Shown here: positions 41,688-50,710 of the stretch, piece by piece
How positions within the stretch are numbered: position 1 is the stretch's first letter
Layout of the letters: every line of letters begins with the position of its first letter
NCBI GenBank assembly: GCA_963422395.1
Contig: OY729431.1
Location: forward strand, 288,001-352,000
Origin: Vicinamibacteria bacterium
Lineage (GTDB): Bacteria > Acidobacteriota > Vicinamibacteria > Marinacidobacterales > Marinacidobacteraceae
Reading direction: 5' to 3'
DNA: 64,000 nucleotides
Notes under the pieces: model-generated
The model's input: only the letters and a program-made list of their open reading frames with translations
What the model was told of the DNA's origin: nothing
Database searches by the model: none
Translations under genes and position numbers: made by a program

Positions 41688-43805
41688 ATGCAACGAGTCA
41701 TTGCCCGGAAAACGGGCTTCGTAGCCCGAACGGCCCCGCTCGGTTTCCCTGCCGCGCGGGCACTCTCCGCCCTCCTGGTACTCCCCGCTGCGGCGGCGGT
41801 CTTCGCCGCGCCCGCTGACGCCGTGCCCCTGGCGGCTGCAGCGGCCGGCCCGTCGCGGACTCATTTCGAGCCGATGGATGTCTTCCAGCTCGAATACGCG
41901 TCGGACCCGCAGATCTCTCCGGACGGCACCCGGGTCATCTATGTGCGCGCCTCGATGGACATCATGCGCGACCGCCTCCGTTCCGAGTTGTGGCTCGTGA
42001 ACGCCGACGGCTCAGGCCACCGCCGTCTGAGCGATGGCGGCTCGCCGCGCTGGTCTCCGGACGGCACCCGGATCGCCTACACCGCGAACGGACAGATCCA
42101 TGTTCGCTGGATGGACACCGGCGAGAGTGCCACCCTCACCCAGCTCCTCGAACCACCGAGCGGGATCCGCTGGTCCCCCGACGGCCGCCGCCTCGCTTTC
42201 AACATGCTCGTCCCCTATCCGCCTCCGCGCCTGACCGACCCGCCCCAACCGCCAGCGGGAGCCGAGTGGGCCGCTCCTCCGATCATGGAGGATCGCTTCA
42301 AGAACCGGCAGGACGGGGTTGGCTATCTGGATTTCGGCTTCCACCACATTTTCGTCATCCCCCTCGAAGGCGGAACGCCGTTCCAGGTCACCTCGGGCGA
42401 CTACCAGCATGCGAGCACCGCCGCCTGGACGCCGGACAGCCGCCACCTCGTGTTCTCCGCGAACCGCAATTCGGACTGGGTGCGGGACCACCGGAATTCG
42501 GAGATCTATATCGCGCCGATCGCAGGCGGGGAGATCCGAGCGTTGACCGACCGGACCGGACCGGACGAAAGCCCTGTCGTGTCTCCCGACGGGCGGCAAA
42601 TCGCGTTCGTCGGCTACGAAGACCGGCGGCGGACCTACCAGATCAGCCGGCTGCAGCTGATGGATGCCGACGGGAGCGGTCAGCGCGTCGTGACCGTCGG
42701 GCTCGACCGCAGCGTGGTGAACCCCGTGTGGGCTGCCGACGGGAGCGGTCTCTACTTCCAGTACGACGACGAGGGCAACACGAAGCTCGGTTTCGCGACG
42801 CGGGACGGTGAGGTCACGGTGCTCGCGGGGAACCTCGGTGCCGAGTACGCCCGTCCCTACGGCCGTGGTTCGTTCTCGGTCGCGAGAGACGGCGCCTTTG
42901 CCGTCAACCAGACCCGTCCGGACCAGCCGGGCGATGTGGCGGTGGGCGCTTCGGAAAGCGCAGCCCGACGGATCACCTCGCTCAACGAGGATCTCTTCAC
43001 CGGCAAGACCCTCGGTGCGGTCGAGGAGATCTGGTGGGATTCGTCCTTCGACGGCATGCCGATCCAAGGCTGGATCGTCAAGCCGCCGGACTTCGATCCG
43101 GACCGCCGCTATCCGCTCCTCCTCGAGATCCACGGCGGACCGGTATCGAACTACGGTGACCGCTTCTCGGCGGAGATGCAGCTGTTCGCGGCCGCCGGAT
43201 ATGTCGTCCTGTACGCCAACCCCCGCGGCAGCACCAGTTACGGCGAAGAGTTCGCCGACCTGCTCTACCACAACTACCCCGGCGAGGACTACGACGACCT
43301 CATGTCCGGCGTCGACGCAGTGATCGCGCTCGGCTACATCGATGAGGACGCTCTCTTCGTGACCGGGGGCAGTGCCGGCGGGATCATGACCGCGTGGATC
43401 GTCGGGAAGACGGACCGTTTCCGCGCTGCGGTGTCGCAAAAACCCGTCGTCAACTGGATCAGCAAGACGCTCACTGCGGACAACTGGTACGGCTACTACG
43501 AAAGCCGCTACGAGGGCCTCCCCTGGGAAAATCCGGACGCCTACTGGAAGTTCTCGCCACTCTCACTCGTCGGGAATGTGAATACGCCGACCCTGATCGT
43601 CACCGGGGAAGCGGATCTGCGAACGCCCCTGTCGGAGTCGTACCAGTTGTTCCACGCACTCAAGATGCGCGGGATCGATACCGCGGTCGTCCGCCTGCCG
43701 GGCGCCTTCCACAACATGAGCCGCCGGCCGAGCCAGCTGATGGCCAAGATCGCCAATGTGTTGGCCTGGTTCGACAAGTACCGGGCTCCTTCCGGCACGA
43801 ACTGA
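41688..43805 (+). CDS. S9 family peptidase (acylaminoacyl/dipeptidyl aminopeptidase), exported
   Basis: AGGAG RBS; WD40-like SPDG repeats; EIHGGP, NPRGSTSYG, GGSAGG, GEADLRTP, GAFH. Confidence 0.92.
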   Translation: MQRVIARKTGFVARTAPLGFPAARALSALLVLPAAAAVFAAPADAVPLAAAAAGPSRTHFEPMDVFQLEYASDPQISPDGTRVIYVRASMDIMRDRLRSELWLVNADGSGHRRLSDGGSPRWSPDGTRIAYTANGQIHVRWMDTGESATLTQLLEPPSGIRWSPDGRRLAFNMLVPYPPPRLTDPPQPPAGAEWAAPPIMEDRFKNRQDGVGYLDFGFHHIFVIPLEGGTPFQVTSGDYQHASTAAWTPDSRHLVFSANRNSDWVRDHRNSEIYIAPIAGGEIRALTDRTGPDESPVVSPDGRQIAFVGYEDRRRTYQISRLQLMDADGSGQRVVTVGLDRSVVNPVWAADGSGLYFQYDDEGNTKLGFATRDGEVTVLAGNLGAEYARPYGRGSFSVARDGAFAVNQTRPDQPGDVAVGASESAARRITSLNEDLFTGKTLGAVEEIWWDSSFDGMPIQGWIVKPPDFDPDRRYPLLLEIHGGPVSNYGDRFSAEMQLFAAAGYVVLYANPRGSTSYGEEFADLLYHNYPGEDYDDLMSGVDAVIALGYIDEDALFVTGGSAGGIMTAWIVGKTDRFRAAVSQKPVVNWISKTLTADNWYGYYESRYEGLPWENPDAYWKFSPLSLVGNVNTPTLIVTGEADLRTPLSESYQLFHALKMRGIDTAVVRLPGAFHNMSRRPSQLMAKIANVLAWFDKYRAPSGTN

Positions 43806-44066
43806 TTCGCGCTGCCGCGGCCGAACTGCCGAAAACAGCCTCGGAGGCGGCACCGTCGAGCAGCAGCCAGCGCTCGACATGGGGGTCCGGGACAGCGTGA
43901 ATCAGCAAATGGCAGTCTCACGCATCGAAGCTGCCGCGCAGGAGTCGTTCCGAGATCGGTACTCGGCCGGACAGGTTCTCTGTCGTCCGGCGCCGCTTTG
44001 CATCGAACCACAGGTGAGTGACTCCATTTCTCCACTTTTGCTGAACGAACTGGTGGATTTGCACAG

Positions 44067-45107
44067 CTAGCCGCAGGCTCGGCGGAGCGTTTCGAGCCCC
44101 CCGTCGGCAGGTTGGCCGTACTCGTTCACCGGCGGCGCCACGATCAGGGTCGTGGCCCCGGCCTCGCGGTAGGCGGCGATCCGTTCGGCGATCCTGGCTT
44201 CGCTCCCGAAGATGCAGACCTCGTCGAGGAGTGCGTCGGGGACCGCGGCGGCCGCTTCCCGTTTCCGCCCGTCGAGGTAGAGGTCCTGGATCCGCCGGGC
44301 CTCCGTCGGGTACCCGTAGCTGCACGCGAGGTCGCAATAGAAGTTGCGCGAGCGCGCACCCATCCCCCCGACATAGAGTGCGATCCTCGGCCGCAGCTGA
44401 TCCCGCAGGCGTGGGAGGTCGCCGCCGAGGGCGCACTCGAGCATCGGGGCCACCTCGAGGGAGGCCGCGCGGGCCCGCTTCGTTCCACCGGCGGCGAGTG
44501 CCGGACCGAAGACATCCGCCGCCCGCTCCGGGGAAAAGAGAATCGGTAGCCAGCCGTCCGCGATTTCGGCGGCGAGTTCCGTGTTCCGGGGACCGATGGA
44601 GGCGATGTGGATCGGAATCTCCGCCCGGCGGGGCCGCAGCATGAGCCGCAGGGGTTTTCCGAGTCCGGTTCCCCCGGGCAGGGGTAGCCGCTCGGTCTCT
44701 CCTTCGTATTCGAGCGGCGCCTCCCGGAGCAGGGCTTGCCGGATGATGTCCACGGTTTCGCGGGTGCGCGTCACCGGGCGGGCGAACGGAACCCCGTGCC
44801 AACCCTCCATGACCTGCGGTCCGGAAACTCCGAGGCCGAGGAGGAACCGGCCCCCGCTCAGCAGGTCGAGAGTCGCTGCCGTCTGGGCGATCAGCGCCGG
44901 CGTGCGCGAGCCGATGGGCAGGATCGCGGTTCCGAGGCGGACCCGGCCGGTCCGCGCGGCGAGGAACGCGAGGACGCTCACCGCGTCGGAACCCCAGGCC
45001 TCGGACACCCACACCGAATCGAAACCGACGGCCTCCGCCTGCTGCGCGAGCGCTGCGGGATCCGGGGATCCGGCCGTCAGGTACCCGAGTTCGAGACCGA
45101 GCCTCAC
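44067..45107 (-). CDS. LLM-class (putatively F420-dependent) oxidoreductase, Rv3520c-like
   Basis: WVSEAWGSDA, RTPALIAQTAATLDLLSGGRFLLGLGVSGPQVMEGWHG, GTGLGKPL, AEIADGW, LYVGGMGA..NFY. Confidence 0.88.
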   Translation of the reverse strand: MRLGLELGYLTAGSPDPAALAQQAEAVGFDSVWVSEAWGSDAVSVLAFLAARTGRVRLGTAILPIGSRTPALIAQTAATLDLLSGGRFLLGLGVSGPQVMEGWHGVPFARPVTRTRETVDIIRQALLREAPLEYEGETERLPLPGGTGLGKPLRLMLRPRRAEIPIHIASIGPRNTELAAEIADGWLPILFSPERAADVFGPALAAGGTKRARAASLEVAPMLECALGGDLPRLRDQLRPRIALYVGGMGARSRNFYCDLACSYGYPTEARRIQDLYLDGRKREAAAAVPDALLDEVCIFGSEARIAERIAAYREAGATTLIVAPPVNEYGQPADGGLETLRRACG

Positions 45108-45111
45108 GCTG

Positions 45112-45912
45112 TCATCCTCCCGCGGCGCCTGCTCGCCGCCGCGGCGCGTTCGCGGAGGCTGCGGGCCGTGTTCCGGAAGGTTCCACTCCGTTCTTCGGAC
45201 ACATCGTTTCGAGCGTGCAGGAACTGCAGGTGGGATTTCTGGCGGAGCAAACCGCCCGCCCGTGGTGGATGACCCGGTGGCTGAAATCCGCCCATTCGCG
45301 CCGGGGCAGGAGCGCCATCAGCCGCTTTTCGGTGAGGGCCGGGTTCTTCTTCGGTGCCAGGCCGAGGCGGTGGGCGATGCGGAACACATGGGTGTCCACC
45401 ACCACCCCCTCGTTCTTCCCGAACCAGGTGCCGAGGACTACATTGGCGGTCTTCCGCGCCACTCCGGGCAGGGTGAGGAGCTGCTCCATGGCTTCGGGCA
45501 CCTCGCCGCCGTATTCGTCGCACAGACGCTGGCCGGCTCCGATGATCGAGCGCGCCTTGTTTCGGAAGAACCCGGTGGAGTGGATGATTTCCTCCAGCTC
45601 GTCGGGGTCGGCGGCGGCGAAGTCCGCGGCGTTTCGATAGCGGGCGAAGAGCGTCGGAGTCACGAGGTTCACCCGTCGGTCGGTGCACTGGGCCGACAGG
45701 ATGGTCGCGACCAGCAGCTGGAGCGCCGAATCGTGCCGCAGCGCGCATTCGGCCCCGGAGTACTCCGCGGTGAGCGCGCGCGCGATCCTTTTCGCTCGGC
45801 GCCGGAGCGCAGCCTCGTCCGCCCGCTGATCCCCGCCGCCGGGCTTCGGAGCCTGGGACGGACTCCGGCGCGCTTCCTCGGGGCCGGCTCGCGGGGAGTG
45901 CTTCGCGCTCAG
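45112..45912 (-). CDS. nth: Endonuclease III
   Basis: [44 protein letters not shown]6-C-X2-C-X5-C. The frame is open upstream of the ORF-track start; proposed CTG start at 45912 overlapping the thiG TGA. Confidence 0.93.
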   Translation of the reverse strand: MSAKHSPRAGPEEARRSPSQAPKPGGGDQRADEAALRRRAKRIARALTAEYSGAECALRHDSALQLLVATILSAQCTDRRVNLVTPTLFARYRNAADFAAADPDELEEIIHSTGFFRNKARSIIGAGQRLCDEYGGEVPEAMEQLLTLPGVARKTANVVLGTWFGKNEGVVVDTHVFRIAHRLGLAPKKNPALTEKRLMALLPRREWADFSHRVIHHGRAVCSARNPTCSSCTLETMCPKNGVEPSGTRPAASANAPRRRAGAAGG

Positions 45913-46694
45913 ATGAGGGGGGCGTCCGCGGGCGGGGAGGACGCAGTCGCGTAACGGCGCCGGGGCATCCGTCCGGCGAGCCAGGAGAGGCGGCCGCAGG
46001 CAACGGCGAGACGCATGGCCCGCGCCATCGAGAGCGGTTCACGGGCCGCGGCGATCGCGGTGTTCAGGAGCACGCCATCCGCCCCGAGCTCCATCGCGAC
46101 TACGGCGTCGGAGGCCGTGCCCACGCCAGCGTCCACGATGACGGGGACCGAAACCGCTTCCCGGATCAGCGCGATGTTGTTGCGGTTCTGAATCCCGAGG
46201 CCGGATCCGATGGGAGCGCCGAGGGGCATCACTGCTGCGGCCCCGGCATCTTCGAGCTTTTTGGCCACCACCACATCGTCGCTCGTGTAGGGCAGCACGA
46301 GAAAACCGTCCGCCGCCAGCTCGCGGGTGGCGAGGAGCAATTCGGCGGTGTCGGGATAGAGCGTCTTGCGGTCGCCGATGACTTCCAGTTTCACCCACTC
46401 GGAAAGGCCCGCCTCGCGGGCGAGCCGCGCGGTGCGCACCGCTTCGGCAGCGGTGAAGCAATCCGCGGTGTTCGGGAGGAGGGTCAGCCGATCCCGGGGG
46501 ATGTAGTCGAGCAGGTTTTCTCGAGCTTGGAGGTCCACCCGGCGGACCGCGACGGTGACCATTTCACAGCCGGAGGCCTCATGGCATTCCCGCATCGACG
46601 CGAAGGAGGCGTACTTGCCGGTTCCGAGGATCAGCCGGGAAGCGAAGGCGCGGCCGCCGATTCGCAGCGGCGCGTCCGAAAGGTTCGCGGGCAC
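45909..46694 (-). CDS. thiG: Thiazole synthase
   Basis: [56 protein letters not shown]; GTG start (46694 or 46703). Confidence 0.96.
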   Translation of the reverse strand: MPANLSDAPLRIGGRAFASRLILGTGKYASFASMRECHEASGCEMVTVAVRRVDLQARENLLDYIPRDRLTLLPNTADCFTAAEAVRTARLAREAGLSEWVKLEVIGDRKTLYPDTAELLLATRELAADGFLVLPYTSDDVVVAKKLEDAGAAAVMPLGAPIGSGLGIQNRNNIALIREAVSVPVIVDAGVGTASDAVVAMELGADGVLLNTAIAAAREPLSMARAMRLAVACGRLSWLAGRMPRRRYATASSPPADAPLI

Positions 46695-46695
46695 C

Positions 46696-46956
46696 TCAGC
46701 CACCTCCCACGAAAGTGACGATCTCGATCCGGTCTCCCGGCCGGAGTGCGGTGTCCTGGTGGCGGGTGCTTCGCACCAGGCGTCCATTCAGCTCGACCGC
46801 TACCGGGCGCCCGGAAAGTCCGAGCGCATCGAGGGCGCCTCGCACTGAAGCAGGCCGCGGCAACGGGTGCTCGGAGCCGTTGACGACCAGGCTCGTCTCG
46901 GGGCTTTGCATCTCGGGGGCGGACGCGGATGCGGGGGGGCGGTCTCCTCGAGGCAT
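46696..46956 (-). CDS. thiS: Sulfur carrier protein ThiS
   Basis: [23 protein letters not shown]-terminal GG, adjacent to thiG. Confidence 0.92.
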   Translation of the reverse strand: MPRGDRPPASASAPEMQSPETSLVVNGSEHPLPRPASVRGALDALGLSGRPVAVELNGRLVRSTRHQDTALRPGDRIEIVTFVGGG

Positions 46957-46998
46957 GGTCCGGTCGTGCGTTCGGTGAAGGGTACCGTGGTGCGCTGT

Positions 46999-48396
46999 TC
47001 AGTGGTGGGTGAGCGCGCGCACCGCAACCGTCAATTCGTCCTGCTCCTCCGGACCGACGGTACGCAGGTCGAGAAGGACCGTTTCCTTCGAGACGCGGGA
47101 GACCACCGGAGGGTCGTGAGCGAGCAGTTCGGTCCGTATCTGTTCCGCGGTCCGGTCCGAATGGGACAGAGCCAGGCAGTGCGTGGGAAGTGTGGCGCCC
47201 GGAGCGGCGCCGCCGCCGATCCGGGAGGTCTCGGCGACCACTTCGAGCTGCCACCCCGCCGCCGGAACGATGTCGGCGCGAACGCTCGCGGCCGCTGCGG
47301 CGACTTCTGCGAGCGGGCGGACGATGGCGCGTACGATGGGGATCTCGTCGACAGCCCGTCCGCTCGCATGACTCCATAGCGTCGCCTGCAGCGCCGCGAC
47401 CGCCGTCTTGTCGGGTCGAAGCGCCCTCGCCAGCGGATTTCGGCGGCAGGCGGCTACCGCGGCTTCGGCGCCGATGAGGATCCCCGCCTGCGGCCCGCCG
47501 AGCAGCTTGTCGCCGGAGAACACCACGAGATCGGCGCCGGCCGCGATCCGGTCGGCAAGGGTCGGCTCGTCGTCGGCGCCGGCGACCCCGAATCCGGCGA
47601 GCGGCCACAGGTTGCCGCTGCCGAAGTCCTCGATCACCGGGACCCCGAACTCCGCCCCTAGTGCCGTGAGCTCGGCAGTGGTTGCAGCTTCGGTGAATCC
47701 GACGATGCGGAAGTTCGATTGGTGGACCTTGAGCAGCGCCCTCACCCGCCCAGAGCTCTCTGAAAGCGCGCGCCGGTAGTCCTCGAGCCGAGTGCGATTC
47801 GTGGTTCCGACCTCGACGAGTCGGGCGCCGCTTTTTTCGAGGATCTCCGGGATCCGAAAGGAGTCGCCGATCTCGACCAGCTCTCCGCGGGAGACCAGAA
47901 CGACTGCGCCGCGCGCGAGGGTGTCGAGCGCCAGCAGGATTCCGCCCGCTGCGTTGTTCGTGACGAGCGACTTCCGCCCCGGAAACATGGACTCGAGGAG
48001 TCCGGCGAGGTGATCCTGCCGGCTGCCCCGGTTGCCGCTGCCGAGGTCGAACTCGAGATCCGAATAGCCGCTCGCCACCCGGAACATCCGGGAAGCCGCG
48101 CGCTCTGAAAGCGGCGCCCGGCCGAGGTTCGTGTGCACCAGGACCCCGGTCGCGTTGATCACGCGCTGGAGAACGGGGCCTTCCTGTCGGTCCAGCCTTT
48201 CCTCGACGCTGGAAGCGAGCCAATCCTCCGGGTCGCGCGACCAGCCGGCCGGAACTGCATCGGCCCGCACCGCCCGGCGGATCTCGGCGATTTCCCCCCG
48301 GAGCGCCCTCGTCACCTGCGCCCGGCCGAAACGCTCCCCAAGCGCCCGGAAACGCTCGCGCTCGAGCAGGCGGCCTACCGCCGGCAGCTGTTCCAG
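46999..48396 (-). CDS. selA: L-seryl-tRNA(Sec) selenium transferase (start codon uncertain)
   Basis: VINATGVLVHTNLGRAPL, YSDLEFDL, NNAA, VSRGELVEIGDSFRIP, EVGTTNRT, KVHQSNF, FSGDKLLGGPQAG, RALRPDK. The N-terminal LEQLPAVGRLL lies upstream of the first GTG (48315). Confidence 0.93.
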   Translation of the reverse strand: MEQLPAVGRLLERERFRALGERFGRAQVTRALRGEIAEIRRAVRADAVPAGWSRDPEDWLASSVEERLDRQEGPVLQRVINATGVLVHTNLGRAPLSERAASRMFRVASGYSDLEFDLGSGNRGSRQDHLAGLLESMFPGRKSLVTNNAAGGILLALDTLARGAVVLVSRGELVEIGDSFRIPEILEKSGARLVEVGTTNRTRLEDYRRALSESSGRVRALLKVHQSNFRIVGFTEAATTAELTALGAEFGVPVIEDFGSGNLWPLAGFGVAGADDEPTLADRIAAGADLVVFSGDKLLGGPQAGILIGAEAAVAACRRNPLARALRPDKTAVAALQATLWSHASGRAVDEIPIVRAIVRPLAEVAAAAASVRADIVPAAGWQLEVVAETSRIGGGAAPGATLPTHCLALSHSDRTAEQIRTELLAHDPPVVSRVSKETVLLDLRTVGPEEQDELTVAVRALTHH

Positions 48397-48469
48397 CGCC
48401 GTCTGGGGGCTTCGAGACGCGGCAGGAGGCGGCGCCGCCTCCTTCGCCGACCTGCTTTGGAGAATGATG

Positions 48470-48556
48470 GCTACGAAGAATAGCCCGGCCGCCGATTGTC
48501 CTCAGGCTGCCGGGAACGACGGATCGCTGCTCGGCACTTCGTCCACGGATTCCTAG
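48470..48556. repeat. Degenerate MITE remnant between purE and selA
   Basis: ACTTCGTCCACGGATTCCTAG (48536-48556) matches the MITE right end ACTTCATCCACAGACTGCTAG at 17/21; its CTAG contains the purE stop. Confidence 0.55.
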
Positions 48557-49062
48557 GCTTCCGCTTCGAGGGCGTCCGAAGCGGCTTCGGCAGCGGCGGC
48601 CTTGGCGCGGCGCCAGGCGGCGATGTTCTCGACGACCTCCGGGTCTTCGAGGGCAACGATCTGGGCGGCGTAGAAACCGGCGTTTTGCGCTCCCGGCTTC
48701 CCGATCGCCATCGTGCCCACCGGGAAGCCGCCGGGCATCTGCACGGTTGCGAGAAGCGCATCGAGTCCGGCGAGCGGAGTGGCGGCGAGCGGCACTCCGA
48801 TCACCGGGATCGTCGTCCGCGCCGCGAGGGCTCCCGCGAGATGGGCGGCGGCGCCGGCACCGGCGATGATGGCACGAACGCCCTGTTCTCGGGCACTTCC
48901 GGCGAGTGCGGCGGCGCGCTCCGGAGTGCGGTGGGCCGAATACACGCCCATCCGGCTCGAAACGCCCAGCGAATCGAGAACCTTCTTCGCTTCTCGCATC
49001 ACTTCGGTGTCGGATGGGCTGCCCATCACGATGAGTACGCGGGGGTTCTCGGCAAGGCTCAT
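48553..49062 (-). CDS. purE: N5-carboxyaminoimidazole ribonucleotide mutase
   Basis: IVMGSPSD, SAHRTP, IAGAGAAAHLAG, PVIGVP, GLDALLATVQMPGG. Confidence 0.96.
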   Translation of the reverse strand: MSLAENPRVLIVMGSPSDTEVMREAKKVLDSLGVSSRMGVYSAHRTPERAAALAGSAREQGVRAIIAGAGAAAHLAGALAARTTIPVIGVPLAATPLAGLDALLATVQMPGGFPVGTMAIGKPGAQNAGFYAAQIVALEDPEVVENIAAWRRAKAAAAEAASDALEAEA

Positions 49063-50360
49063 GGATTTTCCTCCGTCAGTCGAGGGGGAGAAACGGCTTC
49101 GCGGGCGATGTCCGCGCGGTAGGCCCGTCCCTCCCAGGTGATGGAATCGGCGCGCCGGTAGGCGGCCTCGCGCGCGCTTCGCCAGTCGGGGCCCAGCCCG
49201 GTGACCGAGATCACCCGGCCGCCGGCGGTTTCGACTCCCGCAGCCCCGCAGCGGGTTCCGGCGTGGAAGACGAAGGCCGACTCTCCGATCTGAACCTCCT
49301 GGGGAAGCCCCCGGATCGGGGCGCCCTGCGGGCTGGCTCCTGGGTACTCGGCGGCCACCAGGGACACGGTGACCGCCCGTGCCGGACCGAGGCGCATCGG
49401 AGCCTCGGGCAGCCGGCCCCGGGCCGCTCCGAACAGGAACGGCAGGATGTCCGATTGGAGCCGGGGCGCGAGGGCCTGTGCCTCGGGGTCTCCGAACCGG
49501 ACATTGAACTCGAGCAGCTTCGGTCCGTCCCGGGTCAGCATCACCCCGGCATACAGGACCCCCCGATACTCCCGCCGCTCGGCGCGCAGGCCGGCGACCG
49601 CCGGTTCCACGATCTCCCGGCGAACCCGCTCCATCGTGGAGGGGCCGGCCATCCGGCCTGGGCTCAGGCAACCCATGCCGCCCGTGTTCGGTCCGCAATC
49701 GCCCTCGAAACGGCGCTTGTAGTCTCGGGCAGTTCCGCACATGGCGATCCGCGTCCCGTCGCTGATCGCAAAGACGCTCTGTTCGGTTCCCTCGAGACGC
49801 TCTTCTAGAACCACGGACTTCCCCGCCTCACCGAGTTCGCCGTCGAGCAACCGAGCTGCGTCCCGTTCTGCCGCCGCGCGGTCGTCGGGCAGGAAGACCC
49901 CCTTGCCGGCGGCGAGTCCACTCGCCTTCACGACGGGCCGCTCGCCGAGCTCCTCGGTACGAAGCACCCTCCGCGCCGCTTCCAGGTCGCGCACGACGGC
50001 GTAGCGCGCGGTGGGAATCCGGTGGCGGTCACAGAACCTCTTCGCGAATTCCTTCGAGGCTTCGAGAAGCGCGGCGTTCCGGCGGGGGCCGAAGCAGGGG
50101 ATGTCCCGCTCCGCGAGACGGTCGGCGAGGCCGCCGGCGAGCGGCGCCTCGGGGCCGGCGACCACCAGGTCCACGGCCTCGTTCGCCGCGAGTTCGGTGA
50201 GCGCCCCGATGTCCTCCGCTACCACGGGGGCCAAGCGGGCGATCCTCGCGATCCCCGGGTTTCCGGGGGCGGCGATCAGTTCCTCGAGTTCCGGACTCCG
50301 AGAGATCGCCCACGCCAGAGCGTGTTCTCGGCCACCGCCGCCGACGAGCAGAACCCGCAT
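49059..50360 (-). CDS. purD: Phosphoribosylamine--glycine ligase
   Basis: VGGGGREHALAW, APGNPG, GPEAPL, LEASK, KASGLAAGKGV, GPNTGGMG, EFNVRFGDPE, HAGT. Confidence 0.96.
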   Translation of the reverse strand: MRVLLVGGGGREHALAWAISRSPELEELIAAPGNPGIARIARLAPVVAEDIGALTELAANEAVDLVVAGPEAPLAGGLADRLAERDIPCFGPRRNAALLEASKEFAKRFCDRHRIPTARYAVVRDLEAARRVLRTEELGERPVVKASGLAAGKGVFLPDDRAAAERDAARLLDGELGEAGKSVVLEERLEGTEQSVFAISDGTRIAMCGTARDYKRRFEGDCGPNTGGMGCLSPGRMAGPSTMERVRREIVEPAVAGLRAERREYRGVLYAGVMLTRDGPKLLEFNVRFGDPEAQALAPRLQSDILPFLFGAARGRLPEAPMRLGPARAVTVSLVAAEYPGASPQGAPIRGLPQEVQIGESAFVFHAGTRCGAAGVETAGGRVISVTGLGPDWRSAREAAYRRADSITWEGRAYRADIAREAVSPPRLTEENP

Positions 50361-50378
50361 CGTGGCGCGGGATCGGAA

Positions 50379-50573
50379 TCAGCGGGTGCGGCGCCGGCGC
50401 TTGCGAGCCCGCTTGCGGGCTGCGGCTCGTTTGGCGCGCAGCTTGTCGCCGGGCTTCACATAGAAGGAGTGGCGCTTGATCTCCTTGATGATGTCCTCGG
50501 CCTGCACCCGCCGCTTGAAACGGCGAAGCGCTGCATCGATCGCCTCGCCTTCCTGAACGACGATTTCCGCCAA
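50379..50573 (-). CDS. rpsU: 30S ribosomal protein S21
   Basis: TTG start; EGEAIDAALRRFKR, FYVKP, basic C-terminus. Confidence 0.95.
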   Translation of the reverse strand: MAEIVVQEGEAIDAALRRFKRRVQAEDIIKEIKRHSFYVKPGDKLRAKRAAARKRARKRRRRTR

Positions 50574-50660
50574 GTGAACCTCGATGCGATGGTGTTGCGA
50601 TTCGTGGGGTTGCGCTACGGAATCGGAAAACTCCGAAATCTCAAGCCCCGGGAGGCGCGA

Positions 50661-50689
50661 ACGCTAAGCCGTGATCTCCCTGGTGTCAA
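50661..50689 (-). promoter_or_regulatory. sigma70-type promoter of the rpsU operon
   Basis: Minus strand TTGACA, 17 bp, TAGCGT. Confidence 0.65.
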
Positions 50690-50710
50690 GAACCGTTCCG
50701 AGATCTCCAC

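Noticed and set aside
45104-46042. 312-aa minus-strand ORF over nth
   Set aside because: Wrong frame; Nth motifs are in the 45112 frame
46957-46998. TPP riboswitch before thiS-thiG
   Set aside because: Spacer is only ~40 bp with no CTGAGA/thi-box motif
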